Numbered from the stretch's first letter, positions 40,001-48,803 are shown. The stretch: DNA of 64,000 bases from Methanomassiliicoccales archaeon (GCA_030593885.1 JAUVGH010000001.1:40463-104462); one strand, 5' to 3'. Translations and numbers: made by a program. The notes: a model not told the origin generated them from the sequence alone.

Positions 40001-40275
40001 TGGCACCCAACGTGATGCCCCTGGCCTTCCTGTACATGACTCTCGCGGTGAGCGGATCCATCCTCGCGGAGGCGGCGCTGAGCTTCCTTGGTCTTGGAGA
40101 TGTGAACACCGCCAGCTGGGGCCTGATGCTCCAGGCGGTCCAGACCGAGAACGTGCTTGCAGCGTGGTGGTGGTTGATGCCGCCCGGTATCGCTATCACA
40201 TTCATCTCATTGGCATTCTATCTCATCGGCAGGGCATTCGAACAGATCGTCAACCCGCGTCTGAGGAAGAGGTGA
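37069..40275 (+). CDS. ABC permease, OppC/DppC type, with a ~790-aa Kelch/PQQ-like beta-propeller ectodomain inserted after TM1
   Basis: ATG immediately follows the OppB stop. TM1 is IGVIGVIIVFFFLGMAIIAPF. Six Kelch-like blades (e.g. RYGHSMAFDSSTEKVVLFGG, GRYGHAMTYDSISGRVVMVGG, GRTGHSMVYDSNRSEIFLFGG). The canonical OppC core starts at LGTDSQGRDIFSQLMWG (39610 onward), with the EAA region SARVTGASNIRIMFKHLAPNV. Confidence 0.88.
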   Translation: MVDTARLKEKIRAYRKVFKQNWDLFKASKIGVIGVIIVFFFLGMAIIAPFMNLRDPINWRAPDADIIRVNSWWGVGRNVSQTQWNAGEPINKTVSFRVKPAGAQALESDRVYFTSGNRLFSLKPGDAGSYWTDWDTPENFDFRHITDAHFSTDVVVANFGNQYDSAEVDYLLGVGTNDGYIYIIEDYDGGPTILKESTPSVANGRVYYEQLDSAITSTALYSNPGSGRSPVEKYFFGTEGGWLYAYSVTKFDNENWVFGSGNWSTMPLGEGEIRPSPRTNFSMVYDSINDKMVLFGGNDGLLNDETWIYDPVTQVWTRIETDWHPSARYGHSMAFDSSTEKVVLFGGVIDNSANPWSNETWIFDVDASNWTQVSIPPGLWGRAFSAMAFDEGTGMTVMYGGDHWSNETWTYSDGLGWINRTSGIFPTGRYGHAMTYDSISGRVVMVGGSDGGNETWTYNSSTHVWSDLIPPAGPSPRMFHDIVFDVANNRTLMFGGDTGWDETWAFDGGAWTEITPISNLSGRTGHSMVYDSNRSEIFLFGGDDRTFSMLWYRQLSTEDPILMAGFPLSTPTDPNYSPSLNANGTMIFVNDGGLHAINAFDGTDAWGTPSLDMGPEWTNTPVVAVPGLIGTDFTEAVYATTDHGWIYARYADNGSSLASWEDRGLDDNMTATDGGIPVMIDLVTFDGGVLTTPDFFGDLIYLGSSSGHLYAIRRDPLPGFPAGSTVWIYSDRIFINAGFAYTGGVRFVRESRLLFAVGYEGYTTPGNLDDDIGTLFILGEDGSLSWRKTVDGRIGGTPTIWKDNVGTHPTPSVWFGTSKGIANAYSSTGENMAPLPPGCYDSGNCYTLGTDSQGRDIFSQLMWGSQVALTVGLLAAGGSIGIGTIIGLVSGYSGGRIDSVLMRFTDVILVLPGLPFLIILAAVLGPSYWNIIFVLTIIGWPGTARVIRSEVLSLKERPFIDSARVTGASNIRIMFKHLAPNVMPLAFLYMTLAVSGSILAEAALSFLGLGDVNTASWGLMLQAVQTENVLAAWWWLMPPGIAITFISLAFYLIGRAFEQIVNPRLRKR

Positions 40276-40284
40276 TCAGAGAAT

Positions 40285-41568
40285 ATGGTGATGCTGGACA
40301 TAAGGAACCTGAGAGTTTACTTCGAGATCCTGAAGGGCAAGGTGAAGGCCGTTGACGGAGTCTCGTTCCAGTTGGACCGAGGTGAGACGATGGGCCTGGT
40401 CGGCGAGAGCGGGTGCGGGAAGACGACCACAGCATTCGCAATCACCCGGCTGCTCCCCTTCAACGGACATGTCGTCGGTGGAGAGATATTGTTCAACGAC
40501 ATGGTGCTGGCAAGGGCGGACATGGCCACCGAGATGCTGGAGCTCTTGGAGCGCGAGAGATGGCTGCCCCGGGTCGAGACCCTCTTCGAGAGAAGGCAGA
40601 ACGCAATGCAGGTCCTCAAGGAGAAGGGACTCGGCGAGATGCCGGGGGAATCAGAGATCCTCCTTGCCGAGGAAGAGATTTTCCTGGAGGAGGTCGGTGA
40701 TATCCTAGCTATTAAGGATAGGGTTGCACCTGAAGAGCTAAAAGAGATGCTCTCTAAGGCCGGCAAGGCCGAGACAACCGGGTTCTTCGCCGATAGGAGA
40801 AAGAGGAAGATAGAGAAGGAGATTGAGGCAAAAATGACCGCCATCAGGTGGTCAGAGATTTCCATGATTTTCCAGAGTGCTATGAATGCGTTCAATCCTG
40901 TTTACCGCGTCGGTGATCAGATCGCGGAAGCACTTCTCACTCACGAGGACATGTCAAAGGACGAGGCCCACCAGAAGGTACTTGAACTGTTCGATCTCGT
41001 TGGACTTAAGCCCGACAGGGTCACTGGATACCCGCACGAGTTCAGCGGAGGAATGAGGCAAAGAGCCATCATCGCCATGGCACTGGCACTGAACCCACAG
41101 TTGATAATCGCCGATGAGCCCACAACTGCTCTGGACGTAATTATGCAGGACCGAATACTCGCCGAGATACGCGACCTGCAGAAGGAGATGCACATGGCCA
41201 TGATAATCATCACTCACGACATATCCGTGGTCGCGGAGGTCTCTGAGAAGATCGCAATCATGTACGGCGGGAAGTTGTTCGAGCAGGGGGACATAGTCTC
41301 AATATTCGAGAACCCGGCCAATCCTTACACCATCGGCCTCACTGGCGCCTTCCCGAGCATCAAGGGGAAGAAGAAGAGACTGAAGTCTATACCAGGTTCC
41401 CCTCCGGACCTTGCGAATCCCCCGCTTGGATGCGTGTTCCACCCCCGGTGCAAGCTGGCGCAGGACATCTGCAAGGAGAAGATGCCCCCGACCATCGAGG
41501 TCGCAAAGAATCACAGATCATATTGTCATTTCGCAGAGGAGATATACACTGGAAAGATGAAGGTCTAG
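40285..41568 (+). CDS. ABC ATPase, OppD/DppD type, with a ~100-aa helical insertion
   Basis: Walker A GESGCGKTT, signature FSGGMRQR, Walker B LIIADEPTTALD, and the oligopeptide-ATPase C-terminal motif CVFHPRC..C. The extra charged segment is ARADMATEMLELLERERW..RRKRKIEKEIEAKMTA. Confidence 0.88.
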   Translation: MVMLDIRNLRVYFEILKGKVKAVDGVSFQLDRGETMGLVGESGCGKTTTAFAITRLLPFNGHVVGGEILFNDMVLARADMATEMLELLERERWLPRVETLFERRQNAMQVLKEKGLGEMPGESEILLAEEEIFLEEVGDILAIKDRVAPEELKEMLSKAGKAETTGFFADRRKRKIEKEIEAKMTAIRWSEISMIFQSAMNAFNPVYRVGDQIAEALLTHEDMSKDEAHQKVLELFDLVGLKPDRVTGYPHEFSGGMRQRAIIAMALALNPQLIIADEPTTALDVIMQDRILAEIRDLQKEMHMAMIIITHDISVVAEVSEKIAIMYGGKLFEQGDIVSIFENPANPYTIGLTGAFPSIKGKKKRLKSIPGSPPDLANPPLGCVFHPRCKLAQDICKEKMPPTIEVAKNHRSYCHFAEEIYTGKMKV

Positions 41569-41570
41569 AC

Positions 41571-42773
41571 ATGGAAGCAGAAGTCACGGATGCTACAACC
41601 GAGGAAGTCGAGAAGGAACCCGGAGTAGTCTGGGAGGTGAAGAACCTCACCAAACTGTTCCCCATAAAGGCAGGCTTCATCGCATCCCTTATGGGCAAGG
41701 AGGTGCACGTCCACGCGGTCAACGACGTGGAATTCAAGATCTATGACAGGGAGATCCTTGGCATCGTGGGTGAGAGCGGGTGCGGCAAGACGACGTGCGG
41801 AAGGCTTTTGGTCCGTCTCGAGACACCTACAAGGGGCACCATGCAGTTCAACGGTCAGGAGATCGGCGGGCTCAAGGGGAGGGAGCTGAAGAGATTCAGA
41901 AGGAGCGTCCAGATGATCTTCCAGGACCCGTATGAATCCCTCAACCCCAGGCTCTCTGTCTTTGCCACCATCGCAGAGCCTCTAATAGTCCACGGCGTCG
42001 GCGACACCATCGAGGATAGGGAGGAGCTCGTTCGGAAGGCGCTTGAATATGCGGAGCTCAAACCCCCGGAGGAGTTCATGTACAGGTTTCCGCACGAACT
42101 CAGCGGCGGCCAGAGACAGCGCGTTGCCATTGCCCGAACACTGGTGCTGAGGCCCCAGTTCATAGTCGCGGACGAACCGGTCAGCATGCTTGATGTTTCC
42201 ATCAGGGCCGGGATCATGAACCTCATGCTCAACCTTCGGGAGGAGTACGGTATCCCCTTCATGTTCATCAGCCACGACGTCTCGGTGACGAGATACATGA
42301 GCGACAGGATAGGCGTCATGTATCTGGGAGATTTCGCGGAACTGGCCGGGTCAGAAGATATCATCAAGAACCCGATGCATCCGTATACCGAGGCGCTCCT
42401 ATCCGCCGTTCCCGTTCCCGACCCGACCGCAAAGCATGGTAGAGTGAAGATCAAAGGAGACCTGCCCAGTCCTATCAACCTGCCACCCGGCTGCACCTTC
42501 CATCCGAGATGCTTGTACAAGAAGGACATCTGCAAGTCCCAGGCCCCTGAGTTCAAGGAGGTCGAACCGGGCCATTTCGTTCACTGTCACTTTGCCGGTG
42601 AGCTGCCCATTGTGAAGCCTGACGACGAGTACGTTACCGAGGAGTTATGCAAGTACTGCAACGCCACCATAAAGAAAGGCATGGCCTCGGTACAGCATCC
42701 TTGTGGAGCCAACTATCATGAGGAATGTGCGGACCGGGTGAAGGCATGCACGGTCTGCGGTAAGAAATTCTAG
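41571..42773 (+). CDS. ABC ATPase, OppF/DppF type, with a C-terminal Cys/His-rich extension
   Basis: ATG 41571 lies 2 nt after the OppD stop; the track start at 41430 overlaps OppD. Walker A GESGCGKTT, LSGGQRQR, FIVADEPVSMLD, CTFHPRC..C..HFVHC. The extra C-terminus is CKYC..x13..C..H..EC..x6..CTVC. Confidence 0.88.
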   Translation: MEAEVTDATTEEVEKEPGVVWEVKNLTKLFPIKAGFIASLMGKEVHVHAVNDVEFKIYDREILGIVGESGCGKTTCGRLLVRLETPTRGTMQFNGQEIGGLKGRELKRFRRSVQMIFQDPYESLNPRLSVFATIAEPLIVHGVGDTIEDREELVRKALEYAELKPPEEFMYRFPHELSGGQRQRVAIARTLVLRPQFIVADEPVSMLDVSIRAGIMNLMLNLREEYGIPFMFISHDVSVTRYMSDRIGVMYLGDFAELAGSEDIIKNPMHPYTEALLSAVPVPDPTAKHGRVKIKGDLPSPINLPPGCTFHPRCLYKKDICKSQAPEFKEVEPGHFVHCHFAGELPIVKPDDEYVTEELCKYCNATIKKGMASVQHPCGANYHEECADRVKACTVCGKKF

Positions 42774-42781
42774 GTGTTCGC

Positions 42782-43348
42782 GTGAACAAACTCGTTCGTT
42801 TAATCGGCATCTCCTTCATAATCATCTCATTGCTCTCATTCGGGCTTCTATACGTCACTTCGGTCAACTACCTGAACTACACCGAGACCGCTTCAGAGAT
42901 CCCGCAGAACATAGAGATATCCGAGGTCCGCATTCCGCTCATCACTGACGAGTTGCAGGACCAGATCGTGGAGGTCCTTTTTACAGTCTCTAATCCGTCC
43001 AGTCTGACCATTTACGTTACCAGCATCGAGGCATATGTCTACATGGACAACTATTCCGATATCCGCCCCTTCCTGGAGAAGATGAATGAGATACTCGTTG
43101 GCATAGGCCAGTTCAGTTTCCAGAAGGCCGATTCCCACATCATCCGTCCGGGAGAGTCGATGACCATTCCCGTCCGCATGACTGTCAGCGGTGGCTCAGT
43201 CTTCATGTCGATTCTCAACACCACTTCTGACGGGAAATACTATCCATATGTCTTCGGGACCATGTGGTACACATTTGAGTACATAGATCTGATCGAAGTA
43301 GTAAGAGGAGTGTCATTCCTTGGAAGAGCTGGAGTCGAGCCCTATTGA
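42782..43348 (+). CDS. TM-anchored beta-sandwich protein, possibly LEA14/WHy-like; function unknown
   Basis: GTG start. N-terminal TM LIGISFIIISLLSFGLLYV, then a beta-rich body (VEVLFTVSNPSSLTIYVTSIEAYVYMDN). The family call is tentative. Confidence 0.5.
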   Translation: MNKLVRLIGISFIIISLLSFGLLYVTSVNYLNYTETASEIPQNIEISEVRIPLITDELQDQIVEVLFTVSNPSSLTIYVTSIEAYVYMDNYSDIRPFLEKMNEILVGIGQFSFQKADSHIIRPGESMTIPVRMTVSGGSVFMSILNTTSDGKYYPYVFGTMWYTFEYIDLIEVVRGVSFLGRAGVEPY

Positions 43349-43382
43349 ATTGAAACCCGTTAAGAGGTCCTACGTTGTCCTC

Positions 43383-43922
43383 ATGGTCCTGGGTTGGACC
43401 CTAGCTTCAGCTGTGATCATAACGTACTTCTTCTTCTCCACCTTCTTCCCAGAGTTCTCGCCCATCGACCCGGGAGATGCCGGCCTTGCCTTCCTTGTCG
43501 TTCCAGGTTTCTGCGGCTTCGTTACAGGGGCGATGCTCAGCGAGTTTGATGAGAAGGTCGCCGTTTACGGCTCGTTCATCCTTACTGGCATGGCAATTGG
43601 CCTGATATTCGTCGTACTGTTCCTCCCTCTGATCACTGGCACTGTCCAGGATATGACCCAGCTGGGATCCACTGACGAGGAGAGGCAATCGATCGTCCTT
43701 TCCTCAATCTTCCTCCTTCCAATATCCCTCATTGGCACCATTGCAGGGAAGGCATTCGGAGAGGTGTACCTGCCTAGCGAAGAGGAGAAGATCACGAGAG
43801 AGCTTCTGATCAAGGACACCAAGAGATGGCATGACATGCTCCAGTCCTACGTTCGCGAGAAGATGAGGAAAGATGAAGAAGAGATCAAGGAGCCAGAAGA
43901 GGAACCCAAGGAAGAGGACTAG
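43383..43922 (+). CDS. Small polytopic membrane protein with a charged C-terminal tail, function unknown
   Basis: About four hydrophobic helices, then ..KMRKDEEEIKEPEEEPKEED. The start is uncertain: ATG 43383, TTG 43350 or TTG 43320. Confidence 0.5.
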   Translation: MVLGWTLASAVIITYFFFSTFFPEFSPIDPGDAGLAFLVVPGFCGFVTGAMLSEFDEKVAVYGSFILTGMAIGLIFVVLFLPLITGTVQDMTQLGSTDEERQSIVLSSIFLLPISLIGTIAGKAFGEVYLPSEEEKITRELLIKDTKRWHDMLQSYVREKMRKDEEEIKEPEEEPKEED

Positions 43923-44923
43923 TTCTCTTCGAGCGTCACGTGGTTGATCGCTATCTCGCAGATATTGGTCGAGTAGGACGCCACTCTTTCTATGCTGTCG
44001 CTGATGAAAGCCAGGGCCACGGCAACTGTGGAATCCGCCTTGGGTATGTTCCTAGCCAGTTTCTTTCTGAATGTTGCTCCCTCTTCCGCAACGTCCATGG
44101 TTTCGTTGGCAAGCTTGAGGTCCTTCCCGTAGAAGGATTTCATCGATTTGTCGAACAGGTCGGCCGAGAAGGACGAGTACTCATCGATGAGCTTCAACGT
44201 CTTCGGTGCGACATCCTCCTTCTTGAGTTCTGCGGAGTTGGCCGCGATCTTGCACGCGTGGTCCGCTATCCTCTCTATCGTCCTGGCGACCGCTCTGAAG
44301 TTCATGCACTGGGGGCTCGTCAGGCCCATCTTTGATGCAAGTATGGGGTCGTTGAGGACCATGTTGAACTGCTTTGAGACCAGCCAGTATAGACGATCTA
44401 CCTCATCATCTCTCGACTGCACGTCCTTTGCCAGGTCTATGTTGTTGTCCATGACCGATATGATGCTGTCCGTGAACATGGATGATGCCATGACGACCAT
44501 CCGGCGAACCGTCTTATCCAACGGAAGATCGCTTGGGTCCAGGAAATCCTGTATCAGGACGAAATCGCTGGACTCCTCTATGATCTCCGTGCCGACGGCT
44601 CGTTTTGTGAGCTCCTTTATCGCTTTCCGGGTCTTCTGGCTCATCCTGTTCTCGGTCCTCAGCTTCATCTGGCGGTGGCCCGCCATGTAGAGTCCTATGA
44701 GCCTTCTGAGCAGGTGTGTCGGCGGCTCTTCTGAGAGTATTATCTCTTCCGTCTTCTTCTTCGAAATGGTCCTGGGTTCAACAATGAGATGACCATCGTC
44801 CCTGGGCCAGAGCGTCAGGCTGTCCCCCTTCTGTATCTTGCTGCTCTCCGCCCAGCTCTTGGGGAGTGAGATGATGTAGGTCGATCCTCCGGTGACTTGC
44901 ACTTTCCTCGTTTCCGGGTTCAT
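43919..44923 (-). CDS. phoU: PhoU-family regulator with an N-terminal AbrB/SpoVT-like domain
   Basis: N-terminus VQVTGGSTYIISLPKSWAESSKIQKGDSLTLWPRDDGHLIVEP is an AbrB-like swapped hairpin. Two PhoU-like helical repeats follow (..DDEVDRLYWLV.., ..ARTIERIADHACKIA.., ..ISDSIERVASYSTNICE..). Confidence 0.8.
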   Translation of the reverse strand: MNPETRKVQVTGGSTYIISLPKSWAESSKIQKGDSLTLWPRDDGHLIVEPRTISKKKTEEIILSEEPPTHLLRRLIGLYMAGHRQMKLRTENRMSQKTRKAIKELTKRAVGTEIIEESSDFVLIQDFLDPSDLPLDKTVRRMVVMASSMFTDSIISVMDNNIDLAKDVQSRDDEVDRLYWLVSKQFNMVLNDPILASKMGLTSPQCMNFRAVARTIERIADHACKIAANSAELKKEDVAPKTLKLIDEYSSFSADLFDKSMKSFYGKDLKLANETMDVAEEGATFRKKLARNIPKADSTVAVALAFISDSIERVASYSTNICEIAINHVTLEEN

Positions 44924-45113
44924 GGGTGCCTCAATTCGTGCTTTCTATATAGTGTTTTCTTACTGTGCCTTCAATGAAGCCAGACTACAGAATTTATTCA
45001 ATCTCCGATGGCTACTCTGAATCTCTATTTAGATGTATAGAGAACCTGTCGCTTGTAGCTCGATACCCGCTGAGCAAGCTTTAATAAACTGGGGACTTTA
45101 GCAGAGAGAACCG

Positions 45114-46343
45114 ATGAACAAAGAAATGAGAACCGTGCTGGTACTTTCCATCATCATTTATCTGGTTATGACCGGCGTTACAATCATATCTCCCATCCTG
45201 CCGGCATATGCTGGGGATTTTGGCGCCGACTGGGTGATGATTGGAGCTCTGATGGGCAGTTTCGCCGCTGCCAGGGTTTTCCTCTCATTGCCCGCAGGAA
45301 TCATCGGGGATCGAATCGGAAACAAGACCGCAATGTCGATCGGACTCGTCATAATCATCGTGGCCTCCATCATCGCATACTTCGCATACGACATTCACGA
45401 GGTCTTTGGCAATGGATACCAGGTCCTGCTCTTGGCCAGGATATTTGAGGGCATCGGATCGGCTTTCTATTCGACCATGTCCACCTCCTACCTGGCGAAG
45501 AACACCCAGATCCGGAGAAGAGGCTTCTATATGAGCATCTTCGTGGGTGCGCTGCTCCTGGGAATGGTCACAGGACCTGGGATTGGAGGGGTCGTTGCGG
45601 TGAACTTCGGGAACGCTGCACCGTTCCTTGCCTATGCCATCATGACCTCCATCGGATTCGGGATCCATGTCGCTCTGATCAAGAAAGATGAAGGTGTCCC
45701 AAAGGAGGAACTCGCCCAGAGGGACGTGAAGGCCGAGGTCAAGAAGGTCATGTCCAATCGTTCCTTCCTCATCGTGAATTCTGGCACCCTGGCCGCTTTC
45801 TTTGCCAGGGGAGGGATCATTGGAACCATCTTCCCCATCATGGCCTTCCAGAACTTCGGATATGACGCTGGCATCATAGGTCTTGTTTTGACCGGTGTCG
45901 CACTGACCTCTCTTATGACGATCGTGCCTGCGGGGATAATAGCGGACAAATACGGAAGGAAGTTACCATTCACGACAAGCTTGATATTGGGTGGCGTGTC
46001 CTGTCTCTTCATACCTTTGGCCCGGGATCTCACCGGCCTGGTCGCCGCCATGCTCGTCTTCGGCCTAAGCCTGGGACTTACTGGCCCAATGGCCGCTTGG
46101 GCGGCGGATCTTTCTGACCAAAAGACCATGGGAACCGCCATGGGGTTGTACCGCACAATTGGAGATGCAGGTTTTGTCCTTGGACCCCTTATTCTGACCG
46201 CTGTCGCTACGTTCGCCGATCCCGATAGGATAACCGCGTTGCCGTTCGTGGTCTGCTTTTTCTGGCTGGTCATAACAGGGCTCTTTTTGCTCAAGGCTGA
46301 GGATCCGGCCGGTAGGAAACATGGCGTTGGTCCTGTAGTTTAG
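45114..46343 (+). CDS. MFS transporter
   Basis: 409 aa with ~12 hydrophobic helices. MFS motif-A-like GIIGDRIGNK and GIIADKYGRK. Confidence 0.8.
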   Translation: MNKEMRTVLVLSIIIYLVMTGVTIISPILPAYAGDFGADWVMIGALMGSFAAARVFLSLPAGIIGDRIGNKTAMSIGLVIIIVASIIAYFAYDIHEVFGNGYQVLLLARIFEGIGSAFYSTMSTSYLAKNTQIRRRGFYMSIFVGALLLGMVTGPGIGGVVAVNFGNAAPFLAYAIMTSIGFGIHVALIKKDEGVPKEELAQRDVKAEVKKVMSNRSFLIVNSGTLAAFFARGGIIGTIFPIMAFQNFGYDAGIIGLVLTGVALTSLMTIVPAGIIADKYGRKLPFTTSLILGGVSCLFIPLARDLTGLVAAMLVFGLSLGLTGPMAAWAADLSDQKTMGTAMGLYRTIGDAGFVLGPLILTAVATFADPDRITALPFVVCFFWLVITGLFLLKAEDPAGRKHGVGPVV

Positions 46344-46397
46344 GATCGGAGAATGATTCGAGACTATCCAAGACTACTGTAAGGGGCACGTGTTCTT

Positions 46398-47825
46398 TCA
46401 CAACACTTCTTCAACATCCCCAACCTTGGGTGGCTTGTCTATCACCGCCTTCTTCCATCTGCCCAAGGATACCCATGCCAGGGCCGCCGCTGCGCTAGTG
46501 ACGTTGCTTAACGCCATCCCCCACCAAAGACCTTCAATCCCATATCCAAATTGGAACGCCAGCAGGAAAGAGAGGGGAATCCTCATCAACCAGAGCCTGA
46601 CGAACCCAAGGATCATCGTCGGTACTGTCTGGCCGGACCCCTGAAATGCCGAGAGTGAACTTGCATAGACGCCAAAGAATACCGTGGACAGGCCGAATAT
46701 AGTGAGATACGTCCCTCCTTGTTCTATCACCACTGCGTCATCAATGAAGACTCCATATATCTCCGCGCGGAAGACGAAGAACGTTAAGGTGCACACGAAG
46801 AGTATCAGCATGGCCGATAAGATCGTCATGCGCAGGGTCTTCGCTGCTCTATCCGGTTTACCAGCTCCCAGGTTCTGCCCGATCATGGTTATGGCAGCGC
46901 CGGTGAGGCCCCCGATTATGACGAAAATGATGTTGATTATCCTGGTTCCGATGCCGTAGGCAGCGATTATCTCCTTCCCCATCATCGCGTCTGCTCCCGC
47001 CCTGGCAACGAACCCGACCATGACCACGAAACCGAATGCGACCAGCGCCTGCCCAATGGATGCCGGGATCCCTATCTTGAATATCTGTTTCGCCTTCTCC
47101 TTCTCGACCTTGAGGTCGGATCTGGATATGCTCAGGGTCTTCTTTGCGTTGAACAGCAGATAAAGGGCCAGCAGACCTCCCACTGTTCGGGAAATGAATG
47201 TCGCGACCGCCGCTCCGGTCACGCCCATGGACGGTATCAGACCCGGAACTCCAAATATCATAACAGGGTCCAGGATGATGTTCAAACCCACACTCAGAGC
47301 AGAGATGTACATGGGCGTCCTCGTGTCTCCCCAACCACGGAGAATGAAGGAATAGGACATTATGACGAACATCCAGGGCATGCTGGCGAAGATTATCTTG
47401 ATGTACGGTGACGCGAGGTCCATGACCTCCTGTTCTGCTCCGATGAATTGAAGGATAGAGTCGCTTGCCAGTATTCCCAGCATAGACACGATCACACCGA
47501 CAATTGTGAGTAGCGTGATCACCTGACCAGCTGACTTCTTGACCTCCTTCTCGTCGTTGGCACCAACGTACTGCGAGACAAGCGCCACGCCGGCGACCGA
47601 TAGTCCTCCGGCGACAGATATCAACAGGAATACCATCGGCCATGCGAGCGTTGGTGCCGCAACCGCTTCAACGCTGACCCTTCCAAGCCAATAGGTGTCT
47701 ATCAGGTTGTAGGCTATCTGGAAGAAATGCATCGCCATGATGGGCCAGCTGAGCATGAAGAGGGTCTTTAGAATGGGACCGCTGACAATCTTCTTCTGCA
47801 TCTCTTCAGTCACTTTGTTCTTCAT
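46398..47825 (-). CDS. MATE-family efflux transporter
   Basis: 475 aa with 12 TM segments. MATE-like N-terminus ILKTLFMLSWPIMAMHFFQIAYNLIDTYWLGR and an internal repeat ..IFKIGIPASIGQALVAFGF.. Confidence 0.85.
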   Translation of the reverse strand: MKNKVTEEMQKKIVSGPILKTLFMLSWPIMAMHFFQIAYNLIDTYWLGRVSVEAVAAPTLAWPMVFLLISVAGGLSVAGVALVSQYVGANDEKEVKKSAGQVITLLTIVGVIVSMLGILASDSILQFIGAEQEVMDLASPYIKIIFASMPWMFVIMSYSFILRGWGDTRTPMYISALSVGLNIILDPVMIFGVPGLIPSMGVTGAAVATFISRTVGGLLALYLLFNAKKTLSISRSDLKVEKEKAKQIFKIGIPASIGQALVAFGFVVMVGFVARAGADAMMGKEIIAAYGIGTRIINIIFVIIGGLTGAAITMIGQNLGAGKPDRAAKTLRMTILSAMLILFVCTLTFFVFRAEIYGVFIDDAVVIEQGGTYLTIFGLSTVFFGVYASSLSAFQGSGQTVPTMILGFVRLWLMRIPLSFLLAFQFGYGIEGLWWGMALSNVTSAAAALAWVSLGRWKKAVIDKPPKVGDVEEVL

Positions 47826-47880
47826 TTGTTCCGCCTGATCAAAATCTCTAATCGTTTAAAAGACGAGCCTTCAAAATGGC

Positions 47881-48444
47881 TCACTTCGGCTGAAGGAACA
47901 TTCCCTTCTTCTCTTTCTTTATCTTCTCCCTCAGCTGGATGAAACCGTCTATTAGGGCTTCAGGCCTTACCGGGCACCCTGGTATGTAGACGTCGACTGG
48001 CACCACTTTTTCCACGCCTTCCAGTATGTTGTAGGAATCGTAGTACGGGCCTCCGCATATGGCGCACTCTCCCATGGCGATCACCCATTTAGGCTCGGGA
48101 ATCTGCTCGTACAATCTTCTTATTGACGGAGCCACCTTGCGGCTCACCGGGCCGTTAACCAGGAGGATGTCAACCTGTCTAGGTGTCGACCTGAACAAAA
48201 CTCCAAACCTCTCAATATCATACCTGGGAGAGAAAGCAGCCGCCATCTCTATGGAACAGCACATCAACCCCCAGTGCAACGGCCACAGGCTGTTCCTCCG
48301 GCTCCAGTTCCACAGCCTCTCCGTCAGGAAGTTAACGAAATCCTTCAGTCTTGTCTTCTCCATCGCCTTCCCGAAACCGTTCCCAATCCATTCCATGAGC
48401 TCTTCGGAGTTGATCCCGGCGATGCCCGTCTTCTCCTCGTTCAA
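47881..48444 (-). CDS. nuoB: NADH-quinone oxidoreductase / Fpo-like complex subunit B
   Basis: SLWPLHWGLMCCSIEM.., ..VIAMGECAICGGPY.., ..VYIPGCPVRPEAL carry the N2 cluster cysteines. The TTG start overlaps the nuoA stop (TTGA). A downstream ATG start is possible. Confidence 0.9.
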   Translation of the reverse strand: MNEEKTGIAGINSEELMEWIGNGFGKAMEKTRLKDFVNFLTERLWNWSRRNSLWPLHWGLMCCSIEMAAAFSPRYDIERFGVLFRSTPRQVDILLVNGPVSRKVAPSIRRLYEQIPEPKWVIAMGECAICGGPYYDSYNILEGVEKVVPVDVYIPGCPVRPEALIDGFIQLREKIKKEKKGMFLQPK

Positions 48445-48803
48445 ATCAAGACCTCTTTCTCTTTCTTGAGGGAGACTCCCACTGCCGTTCCGACCAGGAG
48501 GACGAAGAGGGCCACCGATGCGAGCGCCACGTAGCTCATGCTACTGTCGAACACCAGCGCCCAGAGAACAAGGAAGACGACCACGACATCAAATGCCACG
48601 AAGAGTATCGCGTACATGTAGTACTGGAAGGTGAATTGGATGTGCGCCGTCCCTATCGGGACCTCCCCGCATTCGTAGGTGGAGTCCTTCAAAGGAGTCT
48701 TCTTCGTCGGACGGAACAGTCTGTTTAGAAAATACGTTACCGGTGGAAAGATGATGCATATTACCGCGAAGATAAGTACGGGCAGATAGTCTTCCAGGAG
48801 CAT
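48441..48803 (-). CDS. nuoA: Nuo/Fpo-like complex subunit A
   Basis: 120 aa with 3 TM segments and the YECGEVPIG motif. Confidence 0.88.
   Translation of the reverse strand: MLLEDYLPVLIFAVICIIFPPVTYFLNRLFRPTKKTPLKDSTYECGEVPIGTAHIQFTFQYYMYAILFVAFDVVVVFLVLWALVFDSSMSYVALASVALFVLLVGTAVGVSLKKEKEVLI

Noticed and set aside
41430-41570. Upstream start for the OppF-like ATPase (also 52051 for nuoI, 21314 for pyrC, 22144 for the CBS protein and 25610 for AOR)
   Set aside because: These longer versions overlap the preceding gene by 100-170 nt or run through AT-rich promoter DNA. Downstream starts sit right at the upstream stop codons and give family-typical N-termini.
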